Below, piece after piece: positions 19,478-30,078 of a stretch of 64,000 bases of DNA. How positions within the stretch are numbered: position 1 is the stretch's first letter; each line of letters opens with the position of its first letter. Both the position numbers and the translations under genes were made by a program. Source of the DNA: Vulcanimicrobiota bacterium. GTDB taxonomy: Bacteria > Vulcanimicrobiota > Vulcanimicrobiia > Vulcanimicrobiales > Vulcanimicrobiaceae. The notes under the pieces are model-generated. The model saw nothing but the letters and a program-made list of their open reading frames with translations, was not told where the DNA came from and did not search any database. The stretch covers positions 160,001 to 224,000 of the forward strand of contig CAWCIZ010000003.1 in NCBI GenBank assembly GCA_963795855.1, given 5' to 3'.

Positions 19478-21337
19478 ATGAATTTGCTCGAAATACCCGA
19501 TACTCGGGACGCCGTCGCGCAAACCCGGGCCATTTTTGAACGCGTCGCTCACGTCATACCGGAAGTCGAGTGGCCGGTTCACGCTCCGTACGTCGCCGCA
19601 ATCAACCGGCTCAAGCGCGAGCGGAACGCAGTGATCCTCGCGCACAACTACCAAGTACCGGAGATCTTCCACACCGTCGCCGACATCGTTGGCGACTCGC
19701 TCGGCTTAGCAGTGGAAGCGGCGCAGACCGACGCCGACGTGATCGTCGTGTGCGGCGTGCACTTCATGGCGGAAACCGCTAAACTGGTCAATCCCGGGAA
19801 AACGGTTCTCGTTCCCGATTTACGCGCGGGCTGTTCGCTCGCGGACTCGATCACCGGCGCCGACGTGCGGCTGCTGCGCGAACGGTATCCCGGTGTGCCG
19901 GTCGTCACGTACGTGAATACGTCCGCGGAAGTCAAAGCCGAATCGGATATTTGCGTGACCAGCGGAAACGCCGTCAAAATCGTTGAGAGTCTGCGCGCGC
20001 AGCGGGTGCTGTTTTTGCCGGACGAGTACCTCGCGCAATACGTCGCATCGCAAACCGGCGTTGAAATCATCGCCTGGAAAGGCCACTGTGAGGTGCACGA
20101 ACGTTTCACCGGGGATCAGATTCGCGCGTACCGCGAGGGCGATCCGGGGCTGATCGTGCTCGCGCATCCGGAGTGTCCGCCGGACGTGCTTGCCGAAGCC
20201 GATTACGTCGGTTCGACCCAAGGGATGTCCTCGTACGTGCAGCGCGAGCGGCCTGCGCGGGTCGTCATGATTACGGAATGTTCCATGGCTTCAAACGTTT
20301 CGGCGAATTTCCCCGACGTCGAGTTCGTGCGGCCGTGCAATTTGTGCCCGCACATGAAACGCAATACGCTGCCCAAAGTGCTGCATTCGCTGCAAACGAT
20401 GCAGCACGAGGTGACGATCGATCCGGAAATCGCGCTGCGCGCTCGCACGGCCGTGGAGCGGATGATTCAAGACTTCGTGACGTTCGAGAGGACGGGTGCG
20501 CCGCCGCGCCTGCTGGTCGAACCGATCGTGAGAAACGCGCTGCTGGAGGATATCGGCCGGGGCGGCGATCTTACGACCGACGCGATCGTTGCGCCGGAAG
20601 CGCGCGCCAAAGCGCGGATAGTTGCGAGAAAACCCGGTGTGATCTCCGGTCTGGATCCGGCGCGATTCGCTTTCGAGCTGCTCGATCCGCAGGCGCAGTT
20701 TCTCATCACCATAGCCGACGGCGAACGCGCACGGGCAGGTCAAGCCGTAGCGGAGATCTCGTGCACGGCGCGAGCGCTGCTCACCGCCGAACGAACCGCG
20801 CTCAATTTCCTTTGCCGCCTGAGCGGTATCGCGACGGCGACTCGCGGATTGGTGGATGCGGTCGCCGGCTATCCGACGCAGATCGTGTGCACGCGAAAGA
20901 CGACACCGGGACTGCGCGTGCTTGAAAAATACGCCGTGCGCTGCGGCGGCGGGAGCAACCACCGTTTCGGGCTCGACGACGCCGTCCTCGTCAAAGACAA
21001 TCATTTAGCGCTTGCCGGATCGATTCGCGCCGCAGTCGAGCGCGTTCGATCGCGAGTCGGCCACATGGTGAAGGTCGAGGTGGAGGTAGATACACTCGAG
21101 CAGCTGCGCGAAGCGCTCGAGACGCCTATCGATGCGGTACTGCTCGACAACATGAACCCCGAGCAGTTAGCCCAAGCGGTGCATCTGGTGAACGGGCGCG
21201 TGCTTACCGAAGCATCCGGCACCATTACCGCAGAGCGCATCGTCGCCGTCGCGCAAAGCGGCGTGGATCTGGTCTCTTCCGGCTGGATTACCCATAGCGC
21301 GCCGACGCTGGATTTGGGTCTCGACGTAGAACTGTAG
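19478..21337 (+). CDS. nadA-nadC: Quinolinate synthase NadA read in frame with quinolinate phosphoribosyltransferase NadC (apparent fusion)
   Basis: Nad[45 protein letters not shown]. Nad[53 protein letters not shown]. Confidence 0.92.
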   Translation: MNLLEIPDTRDAVAQTRAIFERVAHVIPEVEWPVHAPYVAAINRLKRERNAVILAHNYQVPEIFHTVADIVGDSLGLAVEAAQTDADVIVVCGVHFMAETAKLVNPGKTVLVPDLRAGCSLADSITGADVRLLRERYPGVPVVTYVNTSAEVKAESDICVTSGNAVKIVESLRAQRVLFLPDEYLAQYVASQTGVEIIAWKGHCEVHERFTGDQIRAYREGDPGLIVLAHPECPPDVLAEADYVGSTQGMSSYVQRERPARVVMITECSMASNVSANFPDVEFVRPCNLCPHMKRNTLPKVLHSLQTMQHEVTIDPEIALRARTAVERMIQDFVTFERTGAPPRLLVEPIVRNALLEDIGRGGDLTTDAIVAPEARAKARIVARKPGVISGLDPARFAFELLDPQAQFLITIADGERARAGQAVAEISCTARALLTAERTALNFLCRLSGIATATRGLVDAVAGYPTQIVCTRKTTPGLRVLEKYAVRCGGGSNHRFGLDDAVLVKDNHLALAGSIRAAVERVRSRVGHMVKVEVEVDTLEQLREALETPIDAVLLDNMNPEQLAQAVHLVNGRVLTEASGTITAERIVAVAQSGVDLVSSGWITHSAPTLDLGLDVEL

Positions 21338-21341
21338 GGTC

Positions 21342-22739
21342 ATGGATACGCGCAAAGCCGAACCCCAAACCCCGGCAAAAACCAATTACGATAGCGCTGC
21401 CCCCGAAGCGCTCGTCGAGTTCATGTCCACCGGCTGGCTGGACACGCCGATGAGCGTCTCGGCCGAGCCGCACCGCGACGACCACGCCGAGCACCGCCGC
21501 AGGCTCTCGCAGGCGTACCCCGGCGTTTATCTGGTCATTCCGGCCGGCGAAGAAAAGGTGCGAGCCAACGACACGAATTTCCGGTTCCGGCCGTCGAGCG
21601 ATTTCGCGTATCTAGTTGGCCCGGGGGAGTCCGGCGCGCTGCTGGTGCTCGAGCCGCGTGAAGGCGGCGGCCACGATTCGCTGCTGTTCGTTCCGCCGCA
21701 CAATCGCGGAACGTCCGAGTTCTTTACCGACCGCGTCTACGGAGAGCTGTGGGTCGGCCGGCATCGCGGAGTCGACGAGAGCCAGTTGTATTACGGCGTC
21801 GATCGCTGCCGCCCGATTCAGGAGATTTCGGCATACCTCGACGATCTGCGCATCCGCCGCTGCGACGTGCGCAACCTGGACGAGGACCCGGAGCTGGCGA
21901 CGCGTGTAAGCGAGATGCGTCTCATCAACGACGAATACGAAACGGCCGAACTGCGCAAATGCTGCGAAATCACCAAGCGCGCGTTCGAAGACGTGATTCG
22001 CATTCTGCCGCACGCAAAATCGGAACGTGAGATCGAAGCCGCATTTTGGAGCCGCGCGCGCATAGAAGCCAACGACGTCGGCTATTTGACGATCGCGGCG
22101 GCCGGTCAGCATGCGTGCACGCTGCACTGGAGTCACAACAGCGGCGCGGTACGCAGCGGCGACCTGTTACTGCTCGACGCGGGCGTGGAAGTCGATTCAC
22201 TCTACACCGCCGACGTCACGCGAACGCTTCCTATCTCGGGGAAGTTCACCGCAGAGCAGCGCGAGGTCTACGAACTCGTGTACGAAGCGCAAAAAGCGGC
22301 CTTCGCCCAAGTCAAGCCCGGCAGCGACTTTCTCGATCCGAATCGCGCGGCGATGCAGGTTTTAGCGCAGGGACTAATCGACCTCGGAATACTCACGTGT
22401 TCGCTGGACGAAGCGCTCGATCCGCAGAAGATGTATTACAAACGCTACACGCTGCACAACGTCAGCCATATGCTCGGCCTGGACGTGCACGACTGTGCCA
22501 AGGCGCGCGAGGAAAATTACCGCTACGGAAAACTTCAGGCGGGCATGTCGCTCACGGTCGAGCCCGGCCTGTACTTCCAGCCGGATGACGGCACCGTTCC
22601 CGAGCGTTTCCGCGGCATAGGCGTCCGTATAGAAGACGATGTCGTCGTGACCGCCGGCGGCCACGAAAATCTCTCCGCCATTCTTCCGTCGGCTCCGGAC
22701 GCAGTCGAAGCGTGGATATCAAGCCTACAGACGCGCTGA
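21342..22739 (+). CDS. pepP: Xaa-Pro aminopeptidase P (M24B)
   Basis: FRPSSDFAYL; metal ligands in DAG, ADVTRT, HMLGLDVHD, VEPG and RIEDD. Confidence 0.9.
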   Translation: MDTRKAEPQTPAKTNYDSAAPEALVEFMSTGWLDTPMSVSAEPHRDDHAEHRRRLSQAYPGVYLVIPAGEEKVRANDTNFRFRPSSDFAYLVGPGESGALLVLEPREGGGHDSLLFVPPHNRGTSEFFTDRVYGELWVGRHRGVDESQLYYGVDRCRPIQEISAYLDDLRIRRCDVRNLDEDPELATRVSEMRLINDEYETAELRKCCEITKRAFEDVIRILPHAKSEREIEAAFWSRARIEANDVGYLTIAAAGQHACTLHWSHNSGAVRSGDLLLLDAGVEVDSLYTADVTRTLPISGKFTAEQREVYELVYEAQKAAFAQVKPGSDFLDPNRAAMQVLAQGLIDLGILTCSLDEALDPQKMYYKRYTLHNVSHMLGLDVHDCAKAREENYRYGKLQAGMSLTVEPGLYFQPDDGTVPERFRGIGVRIEDDVVVTAGGHENLSAILPSAPDAVEAWISSLQTR

Positions 22740-23284
22740 TCGTCGTCGACGCGCAAAACGATTTTCTGCCCGGCGGCGCGTTGCCGGTCGCGGAGGGAAA
22801 CCGCATCTTCGCTCCCATCAACGCGATCGCGGCGATGTTTCCGTACGTCGTCGCGACGCGAGACTGGCATCCGCGCGTTCATCCGCATTTCGAAGAACAC
22901 GGCGGACGCTGGCCGTATCATTGCATTCAGGACACGCCGGGCGCGCAGCTTTCACCGAAACTCGACACGAGCAACATCGACGAACTGCTCAGCAAAGGCA
23001 TGCATCCGCATTCCGACGGCTACAGTGCGTTCGATGCGACCGATTTGGACGAACGTCTGCACGCGCGCAACGTGAAACGCGTTTTCGTTTGCGGACTCGC
23101 GACCGATTATTGCGTGAAAGCAACGGCGCTGGAAGCGGCCGATCACGGATTCGAAACGATCGTCTTGACCGACGCCGTTGCGCCGGTGAACCTGAAGTGC
23201 ACGGACGAGGCCGACGCGCTGCGCGAAATGGCTTCGAACGGCATCCGCTTCGCGACCACCGAGCAACTCGCCACGCACGCATGA
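22712..23284 (+). CDS. pncA: Nicotinamidase/pyrazinamidase
   Basis: VDAQNDFLPGGALPV, TRDWHP, WPYHC, KG...YSAF and GLATDYCV. Confidence 0.9.
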   Translation: MDIKPTDALIVVDAQNDFLPGGALPVAEGNRIFAPINAIAAMFPYVVATRDWHPRVHPHFEEHGGRWPYHCIQDTPGAQLSPKLDTSNIDELLSKGMHPHSDGYSAFDATDLDERLHARNVKRVFVCGLATDYCVKATALEAADHGFETIVLTDAVAPVNLKCTDEADALREMASNGIRFATTEQLATHA

Positions 23285-24834
23285 GCGCGAGCGAACCCGT
23301 TTACCGCGATCAAGTTCTCGAAGTAGAACCGACCGGAATCGAGTTCGTGCGTGCCGAGCAGCGTCACGGATCGCCGCGCCAATTGTTCGGTCTCTGGTTC
23401 GCCGCGAACGCGGAAATCGCGACGTGGATGGTCGGCGTATTCGCCGTCGCGCTCTATGGAACGACACTGCCGGGAGCGGCCTTCGGTCTCGTCGCCGGCA
23501 ATCTGCTGGGCTTTGCGCTGCTGGGCGTGCTCGCAACGTTCGGTCCGCGCTACGGCGTGCCGCAGATGGTGGCATCGCGTCTTGCGTTTGGGCGCTACGG
23601 CAATGCATTTCCGGCCGCGCTCAGTTTTCTGGCCGGCGTCGGCTGGTTCGCAATCAATACGGTTTTTGGTGCGTACGCGCTCCAGACCATCACGCGGCTC
23701 CCTTACGGTTTGGCGCTCGCGCTGATGCTGCTCGCGCAGATCGTGCTCGCCGTCTACGGGTATAATTTGATTCATCTGTTCGAACGCGCCAGCGCGGTAT
23801 TACTCGCCGCGGGATTCGCCCTTTTAGGCGTCATCACGTTCTCACGCGCGGATTGGCACGCGGCGTTCAATGCGCACGCGCCGGCGTCCGCAGGCGGCGA
23901 AGCCGGCGGCATCATTCTCGCGACGGCGCTCGGTTTTTCGTATGCGACCGGTTGGGTGCCGTGCGCGTCGGATTACTCACGCTATCTGCCGCATTCGACG
24001 AGTTCGCAACGCGTCTGGCTCTACTCGTTCCTCGGCTGCGTCGTGCCGTGCATCGTGCTCGAGATTATGGGCGCCGCGACGGTAACGGCGGTTCGCGGCG
24101 TCAATCTCACCGCGGCGAGCCCGACGCAAGCGATTGCGTCGCTGCTGGGGTCGGGACCGGTTGCAACGGTGGTGCTGCTTACCGTCGTGCTCGGCACGCT
24201 GACCGCGAACTGCATGAATCTCTACTCCGGCGCGATGGCGGCGCTCGTCGTCAAGTTTCCGTCGCAGTCGTGGCGCGCTCCGCTGCTTACCGCCGCCATC
24301 TTCGGCGCGCTTACGGCGGCCCTGTTCAGACGTGCGGGCATTCCGGCTCCGATCGTGCTCGCATTTGCGGTAGGCGTAGCGCTCGTTGTGCTGTTCGTCG
24401 CACGCTATCGTTTGCGGCGCTGGCGGGCGGCGATAGTCGTCGGCGTGCTCGGCGCGCTTCTCGCTTCGGGCGGCGGCCATCCGGACCAAACGGCGCAGTT
24501 GTACACGAACTTCTTACTGCTGCTTTCCTATTGGGCGTCACCGTGGGCCGCGGTCGTATTCGTCGATTGGTTGAAGCGCCGCAACCGCGAAACCGATCCC
24601 GGCGCATTCGAAGCCGGCGCGCGCGTGCGCATCGGCGCCTATGCGTGGATCGCGGGCCTCGCCGCGTCGCTGCCGTTTTGGAATCAGCAGTGGTATACCG
24701 GCCCCTTTGCCGGGGCGTTTCCGCAATTCGGCGACCTTTCGTATTACGTCGGTTTTGCGGTTGCCGCGGCCGTCGCCGCGATGGGAAAGCGGGAAACAGC
24801 GGTGTTTGCGGCGAGTAGTACGCCATCGTGCTGA
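23281..24834 (+). CDS. NCS1 purine-cytosine-type permease
   Basis: EPTGIEFV...RHGSPRQLFGLWFAAN, GPRYGVPQM, ASDYSRYLP, NLYSG; ATGA overlap with pncA. Confidence 0.88.
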   Translation: MSASEPVYRDQVLEVEPTGIEFVRAEQRHGSPRQLFGLWFAANAEIATWMVGVFAVALYGTTLPGAAFGLVAGNLLGFALLGVLATFGPRYGVPQMVASRLAFGRYGNAFPAALSFLAGVGWFAINTVFGAYALQTITRLPYGLALALMLLAQIVLAVYGYNLIHLFERASAVLLAAGFALLGVITFSRADWHAAFNAHAPASAGGEAGGIILATALGFSYATGWVPCASDYSRYLPHSTSSQRVWLYSFLGCVVPCIVLEIMGAATVTAVRGVNLTAASPTQAIASLLGSGPVATVVLLTVVLGTLTANCMNLYSGAMAALVVKFPSQSWRAPLLTAAIFGALTAALFRRAGIPAPIVLAFAVGVALVVLFVARYRLRRWRAAIVVGVLGALLASGGGHPDQTAQLYTNFLLLLSYWASPWAAVVFVDWLKRRNRETDPGAFEAGARVRIGAYAWIAGLAASLPFWNQQWYTGPFAGAFPQFGDLSYYVGFAVAAAVAAMGKRETAVFAASSTPSC

Positions 24835-25721
24835 AGGTTGAACGCGTCCGAAAGGAGTTCGGTGCGGTCCAGGCGGTTCGCGAAGTATCGTTTACCATCG
24901 CGAGCGGTTCGACGTTCGGTCTGCTCGGGCCGAACGGCGCCGGAAAAACGACGACGATGCGCATGATCGTCGGGATTTATCCACTCGACGGCGGCTCCAT
25001 CACGTGGAACGATCGCCAAATCGACGACCGCATGCGCCGCCGCTTCGGCTATCTCCCCGAGGAGCGCGGCCTGTACGGCAAGATGCGCGTGCGCGAGCAG
25101 ATCATGTATTTCGGCCGTCTTCACGGGCTGCACGACCCCGAGATCGCACAGCGCGCGGACGCGTGGATTGCGCAACTCGGGCTGAACGAATACGCCGGCC
25201 GTCCATGCGGCGAACTCTCCAAAGGCAATCAGCAAAAGGTACAAGTCGCCTGCGCCGCGGTGCACGACCCGGAACTGCTCATTCTCGACGAGCCGTTCTC
25301 CGGGCTCGATCCGGTCAACGCCGACGTGCTGCTGAATACGCTTACCGATTTGAAGAAGCGAGGCACGACGCTCGTGCTGTCGAGCCATCAGATGTGGCAA
25401 CTGGAGCTGCTATGCGATGAATTCTGCATCATAACCGGCGGCGCAAACCGCGCTTCCGGAACGCTGCAGCAACTGCGCGCGTCTTGGCCGACGCGGACTA
25501 TTAAAGTCGAGCCGGTTACCGAGGCCTTGCGCGCAGTCTTGGATCGCATTCCGCAGGCACGCGCCGTGCACGGCAACGGCGCATTGTACTACGAGGTGCC
25601 GGCCGCATCGGACTACCCGGCCATCCTCCGGCAACTCGTCTCCGCCGACGCGGTAACGCGCTTCGATGCGCTCGAACCGTCACTGCAAGATATCTACATC
25701 CGCACGATCGAACAGCCATGA
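24828..25721 (+). CDS. ABC transporter ATP-binding protein (NatA-like)
   Basis: GPNGAGKTT, LSKGNQQK, ILDEPFSGLDP, SSH. Confidence 0.92.
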   Translation: MLKVERVRKEFGAVQAVREVSFTIASGSTFGLLGPNGAGKTTTMRMIVGIYPLDGGSITWNDRQIDDRMRRRFGYLPEERGLYGKMRVREQIMYFGRLHGLHDPEIAQRADAWIAQLGLNEYAGRPCGELSKGNQQKVQVACAAVHDPELLILDEPFSGLDPVNADVLLNTLTDLKKRGTTLVLSSHQMWQLELLCDEFCIITGGANRASGTLQQLRASWPTRTIKVEPVTEALRAVLDRIPQARAVHGNGALYYEVPAASDYPAILRQLVSADAVTRFDALEPSLQDIYIRTIEQP

Positions 25722-26942
25722 ACGACTTGATTACCGTCTATTCCGCCGAGATCATGCGCCGGCTGCGTTCTCGAACGTTTTGGATCGGGCTCGTGTTCGG
25801 CGTCGTCGGCATTGCGGCGATGATGGAACTGCCGAAATACTTTGAATCGTACGCCGCCCAGGGAAAGCATATTCTGCTCGCGGGGCAATCGCCGTTGGTT
25901 GCCGCAGCGCGCCCGCTTGTCGCAAAAGACTTCACGGTCATGGGAGAACGCGCGTCCACTTCCGCACCGACGACGGAAGAATTGAAAGCAAGGAACGCTT
26001 CGGCGGTCGTCGCGCTGACGTCCGATCTGCACGGCGTGCACGCGGTCGTCTACGCGAAAGATCCGAGCACGGTTTCCGTCTCGGAGCTGCGCCGCGATCT
26101 CGCGCCCTTGAACTTGCAGCTCGTCGCGCACCTGCCGTCCGCGCAGCTCTGCAAAAATGATGCAGGTTCCGGTTCAAACGCATTCGATTGCCTCGAAGTT
26201 CGGCACCGCCGCCCAAGCCGACGCGGCAAAGGTCATCGCCTACGTTCTGCTGCTGTTGCTGTACATCTTGATCATGGTGAACAGTCAGTTGATCATGAGT
26301 TCGGTAGCGGAAGAAAAGACCAGCCGCATCGCCGAGCTGCTCGTCGCCTCCGTAAATCCAAGCGCGCTGCTCGCGGGCAAAATCGCTTCATCCGCAACGC
26401 TCGCAATCGCGCAGATGATCATCTGGGTCGTTCTCGCGTACGCCTTGGGCTCGCAGGGAGCACCGGCAACAGCGGGCGCCGGCGGCGATAGCGCAGACGT
26501 CAACGGGTTTTCGCTCAACGGGATTTCGTCCGTCGACGTCGCGGGGTTCGTCGTGTTCTTTCTGCTGGGATTTCTTCAGACGGCGACGCTCTTCGCCGCC
26601 GTCGGCTCGCTCATCAACCGCACCGAAGATCTGGGCAGCGTGAGCGGCCCGTTGTTTCTTCCGGTGGTTGCAGCGTTCATCATTGCGATATCTGCGCTCG
26701 CCGTACCGGACAGCCCGGCGGTCGTGGTGACGAGTTTCGTACCGCTCATCGCGCCGTTCGTCATGTTCGCGCGCATCGTGGTTAGCAGCGTGCCCGCCTG
26801 GCAAGTTGCGACCTCGCTCGCGATCAACCTGGCAGCGATCGTTGCCATTGCGGTGATGGGCGGCCGCATTTATCGGGTAGGCATGCTCCTGTACGGACGC
26901 GCGCCGCGGCTGAGCCAAATTTGGGCGGCGATTAGATCGTAA
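25718..26942 (+). CDS. ABC-2 type permease (NatB-like); frameshift near 26150
   Basis: N-terminal TM; VAEEKTSRIAELL...LLAGKI; multiple TMs; split over two ORFs. Confidence 0.87.
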
Positions 26943-26949
26943 AGCCCGA

Positions 26950-27780
26950 CTATCTCTTCAGGCGCGCCAACTGCGAGGCGTGAATATACCGCGCGATTTC
27001 CTGACGCGCCAGCGGATTCAGATCGAAAAGCGAAACCTCGTACGCATCGCGACGTCTGGAATCTTTGCAGCGGTCCATAATGCGGCCCGAGAGTTGTATG
27101 TCTTGGAACGGCTGGCGCAACAGTTTGCGCGGGACTTGGCGCGCGCCCATCGGAACCGTCACGAGTTCGTCGTCCCGGCCCTTGTGAACGTTGAGCACGA
27201 CGTCGGGCAAACGCGCCGCAATGTGAATGACCTCGTTGGGCCTGATCGTTTCCGCGCACCAAAATCGCAGCGCGTTTCCCGTCATATCGCACGCGCGGCC
27301 GATGCCGAACGTCCGGGGGTTGTCGATGCGATACGTCACCTTGACATCGTCGGGCACGCGATAGTTCATGAACTGCGAGATGTCGATCAGCGCGGTGTCG
27401 TAACTGCGCGCCGCCGCGGAACGCACGAGCTGCTCCGCCTCTTTGGATAGCAGACGCGCTTCGTCTTCGGGCATCGCTTCGAGCGCGACGGCATATTCAT
27501 AGCCGCGCGCCGGATCGCGTAAATCGTAACGCGCCGCCACCACGCCGGCGATGTTCAGCAGTCGTCCGTCCGAAAGACGCCATTCAAAGGAAAGGGCGGT
27601 TCCGCGTTCCATCCGCACGGAATTGGAAATGCGGCAGCCGGAGATCGCGATGTGCAAAAGCGTCGCGGGAATCGGTTGGGCTTCACCGCGCACTCGCATC
27701 CGTATCGGAACGTCGAACGTGTGCTTGACGTCCTGGAGCGCGGGAGAGGGGCCGGGGGCATCCATGCCTTGTGTAGCCAT
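26950..27780 (-). CDS. Degenerate tandem PilZ-like domain protein
   Basis: ATLLHIAISGCRI...GTALSF and GRACDMTGNALRF...YEVSLFDL..ARQEIARYI resemble PilZ beta-barrels; canonical RxxxR motifs are not evident. Confidence 0.6.
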   Translation of the reverse strand: MATQGMDAPGPSPALQDVKHTFDVPIRMRVRGEAQPIPATLLHIAISGCRISNSVRMERGTALSFEWRLSDGRLLNIAGVVAARYDLRDPARGYEYAVALEAMPEDEARLLSKEAEQLVRSAAARSYDTALIDISQFMNYRVPDDVKVTYRIDNPRTFGIGRACDMTGNALRFWCAETIRPNEVIHIAARLPDVVLNVHKGRDDELVTVPMGARQVPRKLLRQPFQDIQLSGRIMDRCKDSRRRDAYEVSLFDLNPLARQEIARYIHASQLARLKR

Positions 27781-27816
27781 ATACCTACCTAGCGTACTAC
27801 AGCTCGCTTGCTTTTT

Positions 27817-29187
27817 CTAGGGGCGGGGCGTTACTACGAGTTTCCGCACCACCGTCTGTTCGCCCACGCCTTGGGTGATGCTCGCCATCACGTAATACGT
27901 GGTGGTTTTGGTAACGTCGGGCGCGGTGATGGTGACCGCGTTTTGATCGGAGGGAATGTCGCCTTGCTCGACCGGATCGCCGGACCCGTCGGCCATCGAT
28001 ATGCGCGCGTCGCCGTGCTGACCGTCGATCATCACCGTCACGACGTCGCCCGGCGCGGCGTGCTGAGTGGAGAGCGACATGCCCGCGTTCGGCGCCTTCG
28101 GCGCATCCGCCGCCTGGGCGGTGGGGACGATCGCGCCGGGCATCACCATCACGCCGACCGCGGCGACCGTATCCTGATTCTTGCCCCGCGCGTGCAGGAC
28201 GGCGCGCATCTCACGGCCGGCCGCGCCTTGCGGCACCTGCAGCAGCGTTTCGCCGTAGCTCGTGATCGGCGCTCGCGCCCACAGGCGTCCGGTATCGTCG
28301 ATCAGCCAGATTTCGCCGTCGCGCGCATCGGTGGTGTACGTCAGTCTCATCGTGCCGCCCGCATGGACGAGCGGCGTCGCAACTGCGAACTCGCTCACGC
28401 GCGGCGCGGCGGCAACGGCAGTTTGACGCTTGCGCGCGCTCGCAGCGGCGATCGCAATGTTTTGGGTGCGGCTCTGGCGCCCGAACGGCCCTGCAACGTT
28501 GACGGAAAGAACGACGTTCGGTCCGGCGGTCGGCGGAACGGTGAAATGCAGCGTGCCGCGGTGGGCGTCGATCAAGCCGGCAGAGAGTTGACGGCCGTCC
28601 CGCGTTTGCAACTGGTATTCCATCGACGCCCAGCCGCGGAACGCATACGGAACGTCGACCGCCTTTCCGCCGAACGCGCGGTTCGGCGCGGCGAGCAGCG
28701 CGAGATGCGGCGTCGATGCTGCAGCCGCGAAAGCGGTTCCGAGCGTCAGCAAGACGGATGCGGCGCCGGCGATCATCCAACGCGGGCGTTTGCCGATGCG
28801 TGCGGGCGCCGGCGCCTCCAGCGAAAACGCGACGTTGCCTCCGGCAACCTGCACGATCGCGCGATCGTAGGGCCCGATGTCCGCGACTCGCACCGGCAAG
28901 AGCGTTTCGGATATGGAAAACGGCGCGATGTGTATATCTAAAGGATAGGCGAGCACGTTCTCGCCGCGCAGCTTTGCGCAAGACATGCGTGCCCGCAGGG
29001 GATGTTCGCTCTGGTTCACGATGCGAAGCGCGTAGTCTGCCGTGCCCGCTCGTTTATCGCAGCCCGAAAGCGCGAGGTAGCCCTCGACGTCGCCGCTGCC
29101 CGCCGCAAGCTGGGCGCGCGTTCCGTACAACGGCGCCGGGCGGCGCGTGTGCGAGTCGGGAAGCGCAAGCGCATAGGTGATCGACAT
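27817..29187 (-). CDS. Hypothetical bitopic membrane protein with extracytoplasmic beta-rich (Ig-like) domains
   Basis: Central TM (WMIAGAASVLLTLGTAFA) followed by beta-strand-rich repeats; starts 1 bp after the TadE stop. Confidence 0.7.
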   Translation of the reverse strand: MSITYALALPDSHTRRPAPLYGTRAQLAAGSGDVEGYLALSGCDKRAGTADYALRIVNQSEHPLRARMSCAKLRGENVLAYPLDIHIAPFSISETLLPVRVADIGPYDRAIVQVAGGNVAFSLEAPAPARIGKRPRWMIAGAASVLLTLGTAFAAAASTPHLALLAAPNRAFGGKAVDVPYAFRGWASMEYQLQTRDGRQLSAGLIDAHRGTLHFTVPPTAGPNVVLSVNVAGPFGRQSRTQNIAIAAASARKRQTAVAAAPRVSEFAVATPLVHAGGTMRLTYTTDARDGEIWLIDDTGRLWARAPITSYGETLLQVPQGAAGREMRAVLHARGKNQDTVAAVGVMVMPGAIVPTAQAADAPKAPNAGMSLSTQHAAPGDVVTVMIDGQHGDARISMADGSGDPVEQGDIPSDQNAVTITAPDVTKTTTYYVMASITQGVGEQTVVRKLVVTPRP

Positions 29188-29188
29188 G

Positions 29189-29626
29189 CTACTCCGAGAT
29201 CACCATCTTCGACGTGCTCGAAAGCGTCAGCGAGGCGAACGACATGAACGGTATCTGCAGCTGAAACGGATATGAAACGTTGACCGCAACGACGCATCCC
29301 GGCCCGCTCGGCGAACTCGAGGAAGCAGCGCTGCAGCCGCCTTGGCTCGACCACGTGGTGTTGACCGTGACCTTTGTGGTGTCTACGAGCGGCATCTGGC
29401 TGAGAACGTACGTTTTCACATCCGAAGCGCTCGCCGGACAGGTGGACGCCAAGCACCCCGTGCCGCGAACGATCGCCCAACGGCTTCCCTGACGTGCCGC
29501 GCTCGCCACGGTGTGATACGTGTACAACAAGAGCGCGCACCACATCAACCCGAACAGCACCATCAGCGTAACCAGCGCCGAGATCGCAAATTCGACCATC
29601 GTGGCGCCGCGCTGCCCGTGCTTCAT
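29189..29626 (-). CDS. tadE: TadE/TadG-family pseudopilin
   Basis: QRG-ATMVEFA prepilin cleavage motif; AARQGSRWA. Confidence 0.88.
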   Translation of the reverse strand: MKHGQRGATMVEFAISALVTLMVLFGLMWCALLLYTYHTVASAARQGSRWAIVRGTGCLASTCPASASDVKTYVLSQMPLVDTTKVTVNTTWSSQGGCSAASSSSPSGPGCVVAVNVSYPFQLQIPFMSFASLTLSSTSKMVISE

Positions 29627-30078
29627 TGCTGCGCGATCCGCATCGTCGCAGTGTTGCTTACGGTAAGGCTAGACGGCAAGAACGGATAGTCGAACAGCGG
29701 ACTCACCGTTCCGCTGACCATGACCTTCACGTAACCGACGAGATGACTGCCGGCGGCACAGGTCCCCGTGCATGCCACTGCGCTCGAGGACGAACCATTC
29801 CAACATTCGCAGTAATTGGATGGGGTCACGGTGAGCGACGAGATGCTGTTCGATCCGTCGGCGGTAACGGCGCTCGTCATGCCGCTCGTGTCGAGTGCTG
29901 TGGTGCCGTTTTGCGCGCCATATTGCACGCCGGCTCGGGCGGCGTTTCCAACCAAAATGCTGAAGTAGGCATAACGACCCATCTCGACGCCGCCCAGCAG
30001 CAAGAGCATGAGCAGCGGCAGAACGAGTACGAATTCGATCAGCGCCGAACCGGCCTGCGAGCGGGACGTCCGCATCAT
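29623..30078 (-). CDS. tadE: TadE-family pseudopilin
   Basis: QAG-SALIEFVLVLPLL; NAARAGVQYG; YCEC. Confidence 0.9.
   Translation of the reverse strand: MMRTSRSQAGSALIEFVLVLPLLMLLLLGGVEMGRYAYFSILVGNAARAGVQYGAQNGTTALDTSGMTSAVTADGSNSISSLTVTPSNYCECWNGSSSSAVACTGTCAAGSHLVGYVKVMVSGTVSPLFDYPFLPSSLTVSNTATMRIAQQ

Noticed and set aside
19418..19481. NAD riboswitch or 12-codon leader peptide ([12 protein letters not shown]) upstream of nadA
   Set aside because: Only a 7-bp stem, no recognisable riboswitch consensus, and AGGAG directly abuts the ATG; it could equally be a frameshifted NadA N-terminus.
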